Assembly: GCF_001457595.1 (NCBI RefSeq)
Contig: NZ_LN831039.1
Location: 870,001-902,000, forward strand
Source of the DNA: Mycolicibacterium smegmatis
GTDB lineage: Bacteria > Actinomycetota > Actinomycetes > Mycobacteriales > Mycobacteriaceae
Length of the DNA stretch: 32,000 bases
Reading direction: 5' to 3'
How positions within the stretch are numbered: the first letter of the stretch is position 1; each line of letters starts with the position of its first letter. The notes beneath the pieces are model-generated. The model saw only the letters and a program-made list of their open reading frames with translations, made no database searches and was not told the DNA's origin. Position numbers and translations under genes: made by a program. Of this stretch, positions 8,115 to 17,808 are shown in pieces.

Positions 8115-8905
8115 GGGGACTGGCAGATCTTCCACTCGTCGTCGCGGAACTGCAGGTCGAAACTGCGTGTGGAGCGCGTCTGCGGGGCGAACGCCATGAA
8201 CGTCGTGACGTTGGCCTCGGCGTGGTCGTCGTTGACGATCACCTGGTCGATGCTGGCGACCACCGGATACTGCTTGGCGGCCGCGACGCGCTCGTGCGTC
8301 TCGGCCCACGCCTTCTCGTTGTAGTTGACGTAGTTGTCGCGCGTGGTGCCACACGTGATCGACCGCAGCGTCGCCAGGTCGCCGCGCTGGATCGCGCTGT
8401 CGAACTTCTGGATGGTCTCGCGGACCCGGTCCTCCTGGGAGCCGGCCGACGCCGAATCACGCGTCAGCAGCACAGTGCCCAAGATGGCGATGGCCACGAG
8501 CGCGGCGATCACCAGCACCACTGCGATCACCCATCCCCAGCTGCGACGCGCGGTCGCGGGCGCCTGCGGGCGAGCTGCGTCGTCACGCGGCGGGATGACC
8601 TGTGGTGCAACGGGTTTGTTCGGATCGCCGGGCGGCGGCGCGAACACCTCGGTCTCCGGATCGGGCGGGGTGTCGATCTTCTGCGTCGACCCGTCGAAAC
8701 TCGAGGGCGCCGTGAAGCGCCGCTCGTCGCCCTGCGGCGTCGCCTGGCCGGGTTCGGTCGGCAGGCCGAACACCTCGGTGGCCGGTTCGTGTTCGGAACT
8801 CAGCGTGACTTTCTCGGTGGGCGCATCGGCGGATTGTCGGCTCGGTTCTGTCGGGTCTTCTGAAGAGGGCGTGTGGTCCTCGTTCGGCTCCGATGGATTC
8901 GGCAT
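8105..8905 (-). CDS. Rv0361-type single-pass membrane protein (Pro/Glu-rich N-tail, TM, two-Cys extracytoplasmic domain)
   Basis: 266 aa with a low-complexity N-terminus and the TM WGWVIAVVLVIAALVAIAILGTVLL. The C-terminal domain has ..ITCGTT.. and ..DEWKICQSP. GGGAGGA lies upstream. It is a paralogue of 21159-21644. Confidence 0.75.
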   Translation of the reverse strand: MPNPSEPNEDHTPSSEDPTEPSRQSADAPTEKVTLSSEHEPATEVFGLPTEPGQATPQGDERRFTAPSSFDGSTQKIDTPPDPETEVFAPPPGDPNKPVAPQVIPPRDDAARPQAPATARRSWGWVIAVVLVIAALVAIAILGTVLLTRDSASAGSQEDRVRETIQKFDSAIQRGDLATLRSITCGTTRDNYVNYNEKAWAETHERVAAAKQYPVVASIDQVIVNDDHAEANVTTFMAFAPQTRSTRSFDLQFRDDEWKICQSPAF

Positions 8906-8969
8906 CCCTTTTGCGGTCCTCCCGTACGTCGCTATCGGTGGAGCTTATCGGGCGGTGCACAATAGGCCC

Positions 8970-9386
8970 ATGACACGGATGGGTGATCTGCTCGGACCAG
9001 ACCCGGTTTACCTTCCAGGCGATCCTGCGGCCGAAGAGGAACTGGCGGCAGGCGAGAAGGCAGCGGTGGTTGCTGCGGCCCACCCGTCGGCCTCGGTCGC
9101 GTGGGCGACGCTCGCCGAGCAGGCGTTGGACGACGACAAGGCGGTCACCGCATATGCGTACGCGCGGACCGGCTACCACCGTGGGCTGGATCAGTTGCGC
9201 CGCAACGGGTGGAAGGGCTTCGGCCCCGTGCCGTTCAGCCACGAGCCAAACCAGGGTTTCCTGCGGTGCGTGGCGGCGCTGGCGCGAGCGGCCGACGACA
9301 TCGGCGAGACCGACGAGTACCAGCGCTGCCTGGACCTGCTCGACGACTGCGATCCGACGGCGCGTCGCGAACTCGGTCTGGGCTAG
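8970..9386 (+). CDS. Conserved actinobacterial protein (DUF3151 / Rv0360c-like)
   Basis: 138 aa from ATG 8970 (MTRMGDLLGPDPVYLPGDP...). The track ORF from 8334 is an antisense-derived extension overlapping the 8105-8905 gene. Confidence 0.78.
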   Translation: MTRMGDLLGPDPVYLPGDPAAEEELAAGEKAAVVAAAHPSASVAWATLAEQALDDDKAVTAYAYARTGYHRGLDQLRRNGWKGFGPVPFSHEPNQGFLRCVAALARAADDIGETDEYQRCLDLLDDCDPTARRELGLG

Positions 9387-9396
9387 CGCCCGGCCG

Positions 9397-10290
9397 TCAC
9401 TCGGCCTCGCACCTGCAGTCTCCCGCGGCGTCGGGCGGTTCCACCTGCACCGTGGCGTGCTCGAGGCCGTGCGCGGTCAGTACCGCCCTGGCGTCGTCGA
9501 GGACACGCGCGGTGTCGGCATCGCTGGTCAGGTGTGCGGTGACCATGTCCTTGCCCGGTACCAGCGTCCACACGTGCAGATCGTGCACGCCCGTCACACC
9601 GTCCACGGCGCACAGCGCGCTGCGCAGCTTCTCGACGTCGATGTGTGCCGGTGACGATTCGGACAGGATCCGCAACGCGGCCCGCGCCAGCGCGATCGCG
9701 CGCGGCAGCACCCACAGGGCCACCAGGACCGCCACCACCACGTCGGCGTAGGGCCATCCCGTGGTGACGGTGACGATGCCCGCGATCAGCACGCCGATGC
9801 TGCCGACGGTGTCGGCCACGACCTCCATGTAGGCGCCCTTGACCGCGAGGCTGTCCTTGGAGTGCGAGCGCAGCATGAGCACCACCGCGGCGTTGGCGAT
9901 CAGCCCGGCCAGCGCGACGACGATCATCGGCACGCCGGGCACCTCGGGCGCGTTGCCGAGACGCTCGAACGCCTCGTACAGGATGAAGCCCGCGACGCCG
10001 ATGAGCAGGGCCGCGTTGGCCACCGCGGTGAACACCTCGGCGCGGTGCCAGCCGAACGTGCGCGCCGGTGACGTGCTGCCGCGTCGGGCCAGCAGCACCG
10101 CGGTGAGTCCCATGAACATCGCGACCAGGTCGGTGAGCATGTGGCCGGCGTCGGCGAGCAGCGCGATCGAGTTGATCATCAGCGCGGTGATCAACTCGAC
10201 GAAGAAGAACGCGGTGAGGATTGCTGCGGCGACGAGCATCCGGCTCACCCGTGCGTCGGTGTGGTGACTGTGATCGTGGCCCGCGCCCAT
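9397..10290 (-). CDS. Cation diffusion facilitator (CzcD/ZitB-like) divalent-metal exporter
   Basis: It has a His-rich N-terminus (MGAGHDHSHH), the CDF TM signature (..SIALLADAGHMLTD..) and a C-terminal cytoplasmic domain. I prefer ATG 10290 over TTG 10326 or ATG 10317 because a promoter/operator occupies 10296-10326. Confidence 0.85.
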   Translation of the reverse strand: MGAGHDHSHHTDARVSRMLVAAAILTAFFFVELITALMINSIALLADAGHMLTDLVAMFMGLTAVLLARRGSTSPARTFGWHRAEVFTAVANAALLIGVAGFILYEAFERLGNAPEVPGVPMIVVALAGLIANAAVVLMLRSHSKDSLAVKGAYMEVVADTVGSIGVLIAGIVTVTTGWPYADVVVAVLVALWVLPRAIALARAALRILSESSPAHIDVEKLRSALCAVDGVTGVHDLHVWTLVPGKDMVTAHLTSDADTARVLDDARAVLTAHGLEHATVQVEPPDAAGDCRCEAE

Positions 10291-10295
10291 TCCCG

Positions 10296-10323
10296 CAATA
10301 TATGCGCAATTCTGCATATGTTG
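10296..10323. promoter_or_regulatory. Imperfect 10-8-10 inverted repeat, candidate metalloregulator operator
   Basis: CAATATATGC (10296-10305), an 8-nt spacer, then GCATATGTTG (10314-10323), with one mismatch between the arms. The core ATATGC/GCATAT is perfect. It is the most AT-rich spot of the region. Confidence 0.5.
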
Positions 10324-10326
10324 CAA
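10297..10326 (-). promoter_or_regulatory. Candidate promoter of the CDF gene (leaderless geometry)
   Basis: Minus strand reads TTGCAA (-35), 18 nt, TATATT (-10), GCGGGA (6 nt), ATG. There is no SD, so transcription would start at or next to the ATG. Confidence 0.5.
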
Positions 10327-10382
10327 GCATCACCGGTGATCGCGGGAATCAGGCGAACTTGCCCGCCGTTGGGCTGAACGGC

Positions 10383-10877
10383 ATGACGCACGACAACCAC
10401 GACAACACCGCACTTCCGCAACCCATGTGGCCGGGCGATGACGCGGCCCCGGCCGGTCTTCGCGAACCCGGCTCACCTCTGGCCCGGTTGGCCGCGCGTC
10501 TGTTCCCGTGGCGCTATGACCGCCAGTTGCTGGCGGGCATCCCGCCGGAGCCGGGCAGTGCGCTCGCGGTGCACGTCGCGCGGCTGACCTCCCGGTCCCA
10601 GCGCCATGCGTACGCGGGCGCGCTGCGGCAGGTGCTGCGCTGCCTGCACGAGGATCCCGCGCTGTACTCGTCGCGGCTGCCACTCGAAGACAGCACCGTG
10701 GCGTCCGCGGCCACGCTGTTCGACGAGATCCGCGAGCGCCTCGAGGCACCCGCGCCGGTACGCGCGCACGGAATCGCACGCCTGCGGATGCTGCTGTCAG
10801 ACGGCGCGAGCCCGATCTACCGGGGTGGCGAGGGCAACCTGACCGGGCACCTGCGCGCGGTGCTCGCCGAACTCTAG
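10383..10877 (+). CDS. Hypothetical protein, divergent from the CDF gene
   Basis: 164 aa from ATG 10383 (MTHDNHDNTALPQ...). I recognise no family. High GC3 and the lack of a better competing frame support coding. An alternative start is ATG 10302. Its stop overlaps the convergent M50 gene stop (CTAG). Confidence 0.55.
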   Translation: MTHDNHDNTALPQPMWPGDDAAPAGLREPGSPLARLAARLFPWRYDRQLLAGIPPEPGSALAVHVARLTSRSQRHAYAGALRQVLRCLHEDPALYSSRLPLEDSTVASAATLFDEIRERLEAPAPVRAHGIARLRMLLSDGASPIYRGGEGNLTGHLRAVLAEL

Positions 10878-11653
10878 AACCAGGCCGACCAGAAGCGAGT
10901 GAGCTGGCCGCCGGCCGACACCAGATAGCTCGATACACCCGAGAAGTCGAAGAACCAGTAGACGAGCTCGAAGAACCAGCGGTTGAGCGCCGGGGTGATC
11001 AACAGGACCACCACGATCAAAAATCCCCACTGCTTGGCCGGCGCCAGCGCACGCTGGGTCTCGGGATTCAGGTGCGGCTCCAGCGCGCCGTAGCCGTCCA
11101 GCCCAGGGATGGGCAGCAGGTTGAGCACCAGCGCGGTGACCTGCAGGAAACCCAGGAACGCGATGCCCGACCAGAACACCGCGTGCGCCGGGTCCCAGAA
11201 CGCGCGGGTGAGCCCGAGCAGCAGCACCGCGAGCACCAGGTTGGCCGCGGGCCCCGCGAGGCTCACGATCGACTTCTGCCGCGCCGTCATCCAGTGCGTC
11301 TGCAGGTACACCGCGCCGCCGGGGAAACCGATGCCGCCCAGCGCGATGATCAACACCGGCAGGCCCAGCGACAGCATGGGGTGCGTGTACTTCAGCGGGT
11401 TGAGTGTCAAGTAGCCGCGGGTCTCGACGCCGTGGTCGCCGAAGCGCCATGCCGTGAAGGCGTGGCCGAACTCGTGCAGGCACAGCGACATCAGCCAGCC
11501 CGCGATGACCAGGATGAACACCCCGACGTACGACAGCGGTCTGATGGTGTCGGCGGCGATCCAGGCGAGCGCGCCACCGGCGGCGGTGACCGCGATGACG
11601 AGCAAGAAGATCGGGCTCGGCCGCACCGACTGGCGCAGTGGACGGATGTTCAC
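10874..11653 (-). CDS. M50-family (site-2 protease-like) membrane zinc metalloprotease
   Basis: HEFGHAF (HExxH) sits inside a TM segment and the protein is multi-pass hydrophobic. Start is GTG 11653. Confidence 0.85.
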   Translation of the reverse strand: MNIRPLRQSVRPSPIFLLVIAVTAAGGALAWIAADTIRPLSYVGVFILVIAGWLMSLCLHEFGHAFTAWRFGDHGVETRGYLTLNPLKYTHPMLSLGLPVLIIALGGIGFPGGAVYLQTHWMTARQKSIVSLAGPAANLVLAVLLLGLTRAFWDPAHAVFWSGIAFLGFLQVTALVLNLLPIPGLDGYGALEPHLNPETQRALAPAKQWGFLIVVVLLITPALNRWFFELVYWFFDFSGVSSYLVSAGGQLTRFWSAWF

Positions 11654-11659
11654 GATTCG

Positions 11660-11665
11660 ACGGTA
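11660..11665 (-). promoter_or_regulatory. Candidate -10 hexamer (TACCGT) for leaderless M50 protease mRNA
   Basis: Minus strand reads TACCGT, CGAATC (6 nt), GTG. It fits TANNNT and there is no SD. Confidence 0.35.
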
Positions 11666-11698
11666 CCGGCCGGTGGACGCGCCGGCCGAGCACGCGCG

Positions 11699-12280
11699 TC
11701 AGCCGACGCGCAGCCAGCCCTGGGTGTGCCGGTAGAACGTCGAGCGGCGTACCGGCCGCGCCATCGTGGCGCCGTCGCGCACCACCACGGCGCCCGGCGT
11801 GCCCAGTTGAGCCGCGCGCCCGCTGACCCAGCCCAGCGGCCTGCCCCGGCGCGACAGCACGCTCGCACGCAGGCCCGGCACCGCGTCGAGCGGCTCGATC
11901 CGCACGCCGTGCGCCTGGCCGTCGAACAGCACCGTGTCGTCGACGATCGCCTCGCCCTCGAGCGGGGCGGCCTCCTTGCCGTGCCACTCAGCAGCGGAAA
12001 CAAGTACGGTTCCGGTCTCGTCGCGGATCAGCGGCACTCGCCGGGCGGTACCGCGCAGGGCGCGACGCGCCGACCAGCTGGTGCGCGCGTGCGCGACCTC
12101 GACATCGAGCCGATCGGCCTTCAGCAACCGCGTCAGCACCGCGGCCAGATCACCCGCGGATCCCGTCACGATCACCCGGTGATGCGCGTCGACGTCGTCG
12201 ATGCCGACGGTGGGTAACCCCCGCAGCGGGCGCGGCACGGGGCCCGTCTCGCCGGCGAACACGGCAGTTGAGGAAGTCAA
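11699..12280 (-). CDS. Conserved hypothetical protein (Rv0358-like)
   Basis: The ORF is open to 12418, but that start would overlap the divergent purA. TTG 12280 is preceded by AGGAG, and GTG 12286 is also possible. The product has no motif I can assign. Confidence 0.6.
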   Translation of the reverse strand: MTSSTAVFAGETGPVPRPLRGLPTVGIDDVDAHHRVIVTGSAGDLAAVLTRLLKADRLDVEVAHARTSWSARRALRGTARRVPLIRDETGTVLVSAAEWHGKEAAPLEGEAIVDDTVLFDGQAHGVRIEPLDAVPGLRASVLSRRGRPLGWVSGRAAQLGTPGAVVVRDGATMARPVRRSTFYRHTQGWLRVG

Positions 12281-12373
12281 AACCACTCCTGGCACGCAAA
12301 CAGAATTGTGGCTCCGCGCGTGCTCTGGGATAAGGTGACCTACCGGCTGCACCACTTCCAGGCGCGGAGATAG

Positions 12374-13683
<1,310 letters not shown>

Positions 13684-13684
<1 letters not shown>

Positions 13685-14334
13685 TGTCGGCTGACTTCGG
13701 ACTGGACCCGCGCCGCACCGACCCGAAATACCACAGCGAGCACGGCGGCTTCCCCGTGTTCGAGGCCGCCGAGCCCGGGCCGGGATTCGGCCGTTTCCTC
13801 ACCGCGATGCGCCGCGCGCAGGATCTCGCGGTCTCGGCCGACCCGGACGCCGCCACGTGGGACAAGGCCGCCGACCTGGTCGAGGAACTGGTTGCGCTGC
13901 TCGATCCCTACGAGGCGGGCGAGGGCGTCGGGCCGGCCAATCGCGTGCCGGAACTGCCCGGCGCGGGTAGCCTGCTGGCGCCACCCTGGACGGTCGAGAA
14001 GTTCGAGGCCGACGAGGTGCTGCTGACCGTGCAGTTCAGTCGTTTCCACGTGGGCGGCAACTACGCCGTCCACGGCGGCGTGCTGCCCATGCTTTTCGAC
14101 TCGCTGTTCGGCATGTGTATCCACGCGGCCGGACGCCCCATCAGCCGCACGGCCTTCCTGCACGTCGATTACCGCGCCGTGACGCCGATCGACACCCCGC
14201 TGCAGGCGCGCGGGTGGATCCGTGAGGCCGAGGGGCGCAAGGCCTTTGTCAACGCCGAGCTGCGCGACGGTGAGGGCAAGCTCCTCGCCGAGGCCAACGG
14301 CCTGATGATCATGCTGCTGCCCGGACAGCCCTGA
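13684..14334 (+). CDS. Hotdog-fold PaaI-type thioesterase-like protein (Rv0356c-like)
   Basis: ATG 13684 overlaps the purA stop (TGATG). The C-terminal half (..NYAVHGGVLPMLFDSLFG..) resembles PaaI/4HBT thioesterases. Confidence 0.72.
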
Positions 14335-14340
14335 GCGGGC

Positions 14341-14535
14341 TCAGTCGCCCGTCAGCCGCAGCACACTCGCCGGACACAGCCTGACGGCCTCGCGGGCGTG
14401 CTCGACCTCGTCGTCGGGCACCTCGTCGACCAGAACCGTGACGACGCCGTCCTCGTCCTGGTCGAACAACGCTTCGGAGACCATCACGCAGTTGCCCGAA
14501 GCGATGCAGTTGTCGCGGTCCGCTTCTATCTTCAT
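14341..14535 (-). CDS. [3Fe-4S]-type ferredoxin (P450 redox partner type)
   Basis: 64 aa with the CIASGNC...CP pattern (CxxSxxC with the middle Cys replaced). The ATG lies 5 nt after the P450 stop. The 187-aa track ORF is an upstream extension overlapping the P450. Confidence 0.8.
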   Translation of the reverse strand: MKIEADRDNCIASGNCVMVSEALFDQDEDGVVTVLVDEVPDDEVEHAREAVRLCPASVLRLTGD

Positions 14536-14540
14536 GGCAG

Positions 14541-15746
14541 TCACCACGCTACCGCCAACGACTGCAGCCCGTAGATGAAGTGGAAAGGCCGCCACCGGAC
14601 ATCCTCGAACGGTTCGGCGAGCGCCAGCGTCGGGAACCGGCGCAACAGCGCGGGCAACGCGATGCGCATCTCCATGCGGGCCAGCGGGGCCCCGAGGCAG
14701 TGGTGGACGCCATGACCGAACGCCAGATGGCCGGGCGCGCCGCGGCGGATGTCCAGGGTGTCGGGGTTGTCGATGAAGCCGGGGTCGCGGTTGCCCGCGG
14801 GCAGCGACGCGAACACCAGGTGGCCCGCCGGAATGCTCACGCCGGCGAGTTCGACGTCGGTGGTGGTGATGCGCGGCAGTGCGGTCGACACGATCGACAG
14901 CCACCGCAGCAACTCCTCGATGGCCGGGCCGATGGCGTCGGGATCATCACGCACGCAGGCCAATTGGTCGGGGTGGCGCAGCAGCGCGAGCACTCCGAGG
15001 CCCAGCATGTTGGACGTGGTCTCGTGGCCCGCCAACAGCAACAGTCCGGCGATGCCGATGAGTTCGTCGTCGATCAGTTCGGTGCCGTGCTCGCGCACCA
15101 GCATTCCGAGGATGTCGTCGCCGGGCCGGGTGCGTGACCGCTCGACGAGTCCGCGCATGTAGGCGCGCCCTTGCCGCTGCAACTCAAGGCGTTCGGGCAT
15201 CGGTGCCGAGAGGTCCAGTTGCCGCGCCGACCGCTGCTGGAAATCGGTGCGGTCCTCGTACGGCACGCCGAGGAGTTCACAGATCACCAAAGACGGTATG
15301 GGAAGCGCGAAATCGGCGACGATGTCGGCGGGTGGGCCTGCCGACTCCATGGCGTCGAGATGAGCGTCGACGATCTCGACGATGCGCGGCTCCAGCCGCT
15401 TGATGCGGCGAATGGTGAACTCCGGGGTGAGCATGCGCCGCAGGCGTTGATGTTCGGGCGGGTCGAGGCCCAGCAGGTTGCCGGCCCGGTTACTCGCCTG
15501 CTCCTCGGCGGAGATCTGCGGTGCTCCCGGGAGGACGAATCCGGGCGGCCTGCTGTTGGAGAACCGTTCGTGATCCGACAGGACGGTCTTGACGTCCTCG
15601 TGCCGCGTGACGAGGTACACCTGCATACCGAACGGGTTGACCGTGACGTGCACGCCTTCGCTCGCGCGGATCTCGCCGAGTTCGGGTGTGGGATCGAACG
15701 CGTCGCGCCGGATGTGCAGTGGCGGGAGCGCTTGCGCTTGGGTCAT
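14541..15746 (-). CDS. Cytochrome P450 monooxygenase
   Basis: The heme loop is FGHGVHHCLG, the I-helix is LLLAGHETT and the ExxR motif is in IEELLRW. 401 aa. Confidence 0.93.
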   Translation of the reverse strand: MTQAQALPPLHIRRDAFDPTPELGEIRASEGVHVTVNPFGMQVYLVTRHEDVKTVLSDHERFSNSRPPGFVLPGAPQISAEEQASNRAGNLLGLDPPEHQRLRRMLTPEFTIRRIKRLEPRIVEIVDAHLDAMESAGPPADIVADFALPIPSLVICELLGVPYEDRTDFQQRSARQLDLSAPMPERLELQRQGRAYMRGLVERSRTRPGDDILGMLVREHGTELIDDELIGIAGLLLLAGHETTSNMLGLGVLALLRHPDQLACVRDDPDAIGPAIEELLRWLSIVSTALPRITTTDVELAGVSIPAGHLVFASLPAGNRDPGFIDNPDTLDIRRGAPGHLAFGHGVHHCLGAPLARMEMRIALPALLRRFPTLALAEPFEDVRWRPFHFIYGLQSLAVAW

Positions 15747-15752
15747 GCACCG

Positions 15753-15758
15753 ACGCTA
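15753..15758 (-). promoter_or_regulatory. Candidate -10 hexamer (TAGCGT) for leaderless P450 mRNA
   Basis: Minus strand reads TAGCGT, CGGTGC (6 nt), ATG. There is no SD in the 55-nt gap after the MMPL gene. Confidence 0.35.
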
Positions 15759-15801
15759 CCCGCGACTGCAAAACTGCTGAGAAGTTCCTGGTCAGACCGG
15801 T

Positions 15802-17808
15802 TTACGGTTCGGCGCGCAGGCCGGGCCACCAGATTTTCGGGCCGATCCAGGTGAACAGCGCCGGGATGATGACCGTGCGCACCAGGAACGTGTCCAGCAG
15901 GATGCCCAGGCCGACGATGATGCCCAACTGGGTCAGCACGATCAGCGGCAGCACCCCCAGCACGCAGAACACCGCGGCCAGCACCACGCCGGCGCTGGTG
16001 ATCACTGCGCCGGTGGCCGACACCGCGCGCACGATGCCCTCGCGGTTGCCGTACTGCGGGGTCTCCTCGCGTGCCCGGGTGACCAGAAAGATCGTGTAGT
16101 CGACGCCGAGTGCCACCAGGAACAGGAACGCGAACAACGGCGTGCTGTTGTCGAGTGCGGGGAACCCGAAGATGTGCACCGACGCCCAGCCGCCGAGGCC
16201 GAGGGCCGCCAGCGAACTGAGCACCGTGACACCCACCAGCAGAAGCGGTGCGAACGCCGACCGCAGCAGGATGTACAGCACGGCGAGCACCACCACGAGG
16301 ATCGCCGGGATCACCACGGCCCGGTCGCGCTGTGCGGCCGCGGCCGCGTCGCGGGCCTGCGCGTCGGAACCGCCGACCACAGCGTCGGCGTCGGCCTGCT
16401 GCACCGAACCGCGAAGTGCGTCAATCGTTTCGAACGCCTCATCGGAGGCGGGATCGGCGCCGAGGACCACCGACCATTGCGTGAGACCCGTGGGTGACTC
16501 ACCGGCCGGGCTCGCCGACACCACACCCTCGGTGTCGGTGATGGCGCGCTGCACGGCCGCGGCCTTGTCGGTCGAGGCGATCACGCGCGTGGGATCGGTC
16601 AGGCCGCTGGGGAAGTGCGCGGACACCGTCTCGAAGCCCGACACCGACTCGGCCTGTACGCGGAACTGCTCGGTCTGGGTGAGCCCGATCGGCGTGGTCA
16701 GCAGCGCGGTGCACAGAAGCGCCAGACCGGCCACCGACACCACGACCACGCGGGCTGGCCTGCGCGCCACCGTATCCGCGATGCGGTGCCAGACGCCGCT
16801 CTCGGTGAGCGCCGTGGCGCCCACCTTCGGGATGAACGGCCAGAACAGCCTCTTACCGCACAGCGCCAGCAGCGGCGGCAGCACGATCAGGACGAACACC
16901 GCCGCGACCACCAGGCCCGACGCGGCCTGCACGCCCAGGCTGCGGTTGCTCGGGGCGGTCGCGAAAAGCAGTGTCAGCAGCGCCAGTACCACGGTCGCGT
17001 TGCTGGCGATGATCGCCGGTGCGGCCGCGCGCACCGAGGCCTGCAGCGCGTCGCGGTGATTCTCGGTGCGGCCGAGTTCCTCGCGGTAACGCGAGATCAA
17101 CAGCAGCGCATAGTTGGTGCCCGCTCCGAACACCAGCACGCTCGTGATGCCACCGGTCGAACCGTCCGGGTTCATGCCGAGGCCGGACGCGACGGCGGTG
17201 CCCACGACCGATCCGACACGGTCGGCGAAGGCGATCACCAGGAGCGGCACGAGCCACAGGATGGGGGAGCGGTAGGTGACGATGAGCAGCAGCGCCACCA
17301 CGATGGCCGTGACCGCCAGCAGCGTGACATTGGCTCCCGCAAAGGAATTCGCGATATCGGCGCCGAACGCCGGGCCGCCGGTCACCTCGGCGCGCAGGTC
17401 GCCGGGCAGCCCCTCGGCGGCGTTGGCACGCAACTCCTTGACCTCGTCGGTGAGGGCGAACCCCGAGAGCGTGGCGTCCAGTGGCACGGTCGAGATCGCG
17501 GCCTTGCCGTCGTCGCTGACCACCATCGGCGGGCCGGGTGCGTCGCTCATCCGGTGGCGCGCCTCGGCGGCCGCATCGATGTCGTCGGGACCGAGTTCGG
17601 CGCCGTCGGCGCGGGTCACCACCAGGATGGCCGGAGCCTGATCGCCTCCCGGAAAGTCCGCACGTAGCGCGTCGGCCCGCGCCGACTCGGCGTCCGAGGG
17701 CACCGCCACCGGGGACTGCGAGGCCGAATCACCGCCGCTGAGCACCCCCATCAGGCCACCCGAGATGATCACAACCAGCACGGCCAGCCACGACAAGCGT
17801 TTAATCAC
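15802..17808 (-). CDS. MMPL-family (RND-type) membrane transporter, short YdfJ-like form
   Basis: 668 aa with two repeats of TM + soluble loop + TM bundle and MMPL-like segments (..GAGTNYALLLISRYREEL.., ..GVDYTIFLVTRAREE..). GTG 17808 overlaps the antiporter stop by 8 nt. Confidence 0.88.
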   Translation of the reverse strand: MIKRLSWLAVLVVIISGGLMGVLSGGDSASQSPVAVPSDAESARADALRADFPGGDQAPAILVVTRADGAELGPDDIDAAAEARHRMSDAPGPPMVVSDDGKAAISTVPLDATLSGFALTDEVKELRANAAEGLPGDLRAEVTGGPAFGADIANSFAGANVTLLAVTAIVVALLLIVTYRSPILWLVPLLVIAFADRVGSVVGTAVASGLGMNPDGSTGGITSVLVFGAGTNYALLLISRYREELGRTENHRDALQASVRAAAPAIIASNATVVLALLTLLFATAPSNRSLGVQAASGLVVAAVFVLIVLPPLLALCGKRLFWPFIPKVGATALTESGVWHRIADTVARRPARVVVVSVAGLALLCTALLTTPIGLTQTEQFRVQAESVSGFETVSAHFPSGLTDPTRVIASTDKAAAVQRAITDTEGVVSASPAGESPTGLTQWSVVLGADPASDEAFETIDALRGSVQQADADAVVGGSDAQARDAAAAAQRDRAVVIPAILVVVLAVLYILLRSAFAPLLLVGVTVLSSLAALGLGGWASVHIFGFPALDNSTPLFAFLFLVALGVDYTIFLVTRAREETPQYGNREGIVRAVSATGAVITSAGVVLAAVFCVLGVLPLIVLTQLGIIVGLGILLDTFLVRTVIIPALFTWIGPKIWWPGLRAEP

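Noticed and set aside
8334-8969. A long N-terminal extension of the DUF3151-like ORF (350-aa version).
   Set aside because: It is antisense to the well-supported membrane-protein gene at 8105-8905 and low in complexity. The recognisable protein begins at ATG 8970.
11666-11688. A short GC hairpin (CGGCCGG / CCGGCCG, 8-nt loop) between the Rv0358-like gene and the M50 protease gene, considered as a possible terminator or attenuator.
   Set aside because: The stem is only 7 bp and is built from the self-complementary CCGGCCGG motif, which is common in GC-rich DNA. There is no U-tract. It is too weak to call from sequence alone.
14536-14904. A 187-aa version of the ferredoxin ORF extending upstream.
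   Set aside because: The extension overlaps the 3' end of the P450 gene in another frame and is Arg/Pro-rich. The ferredoxin fold needs only the 64 aa from ATG 14535.
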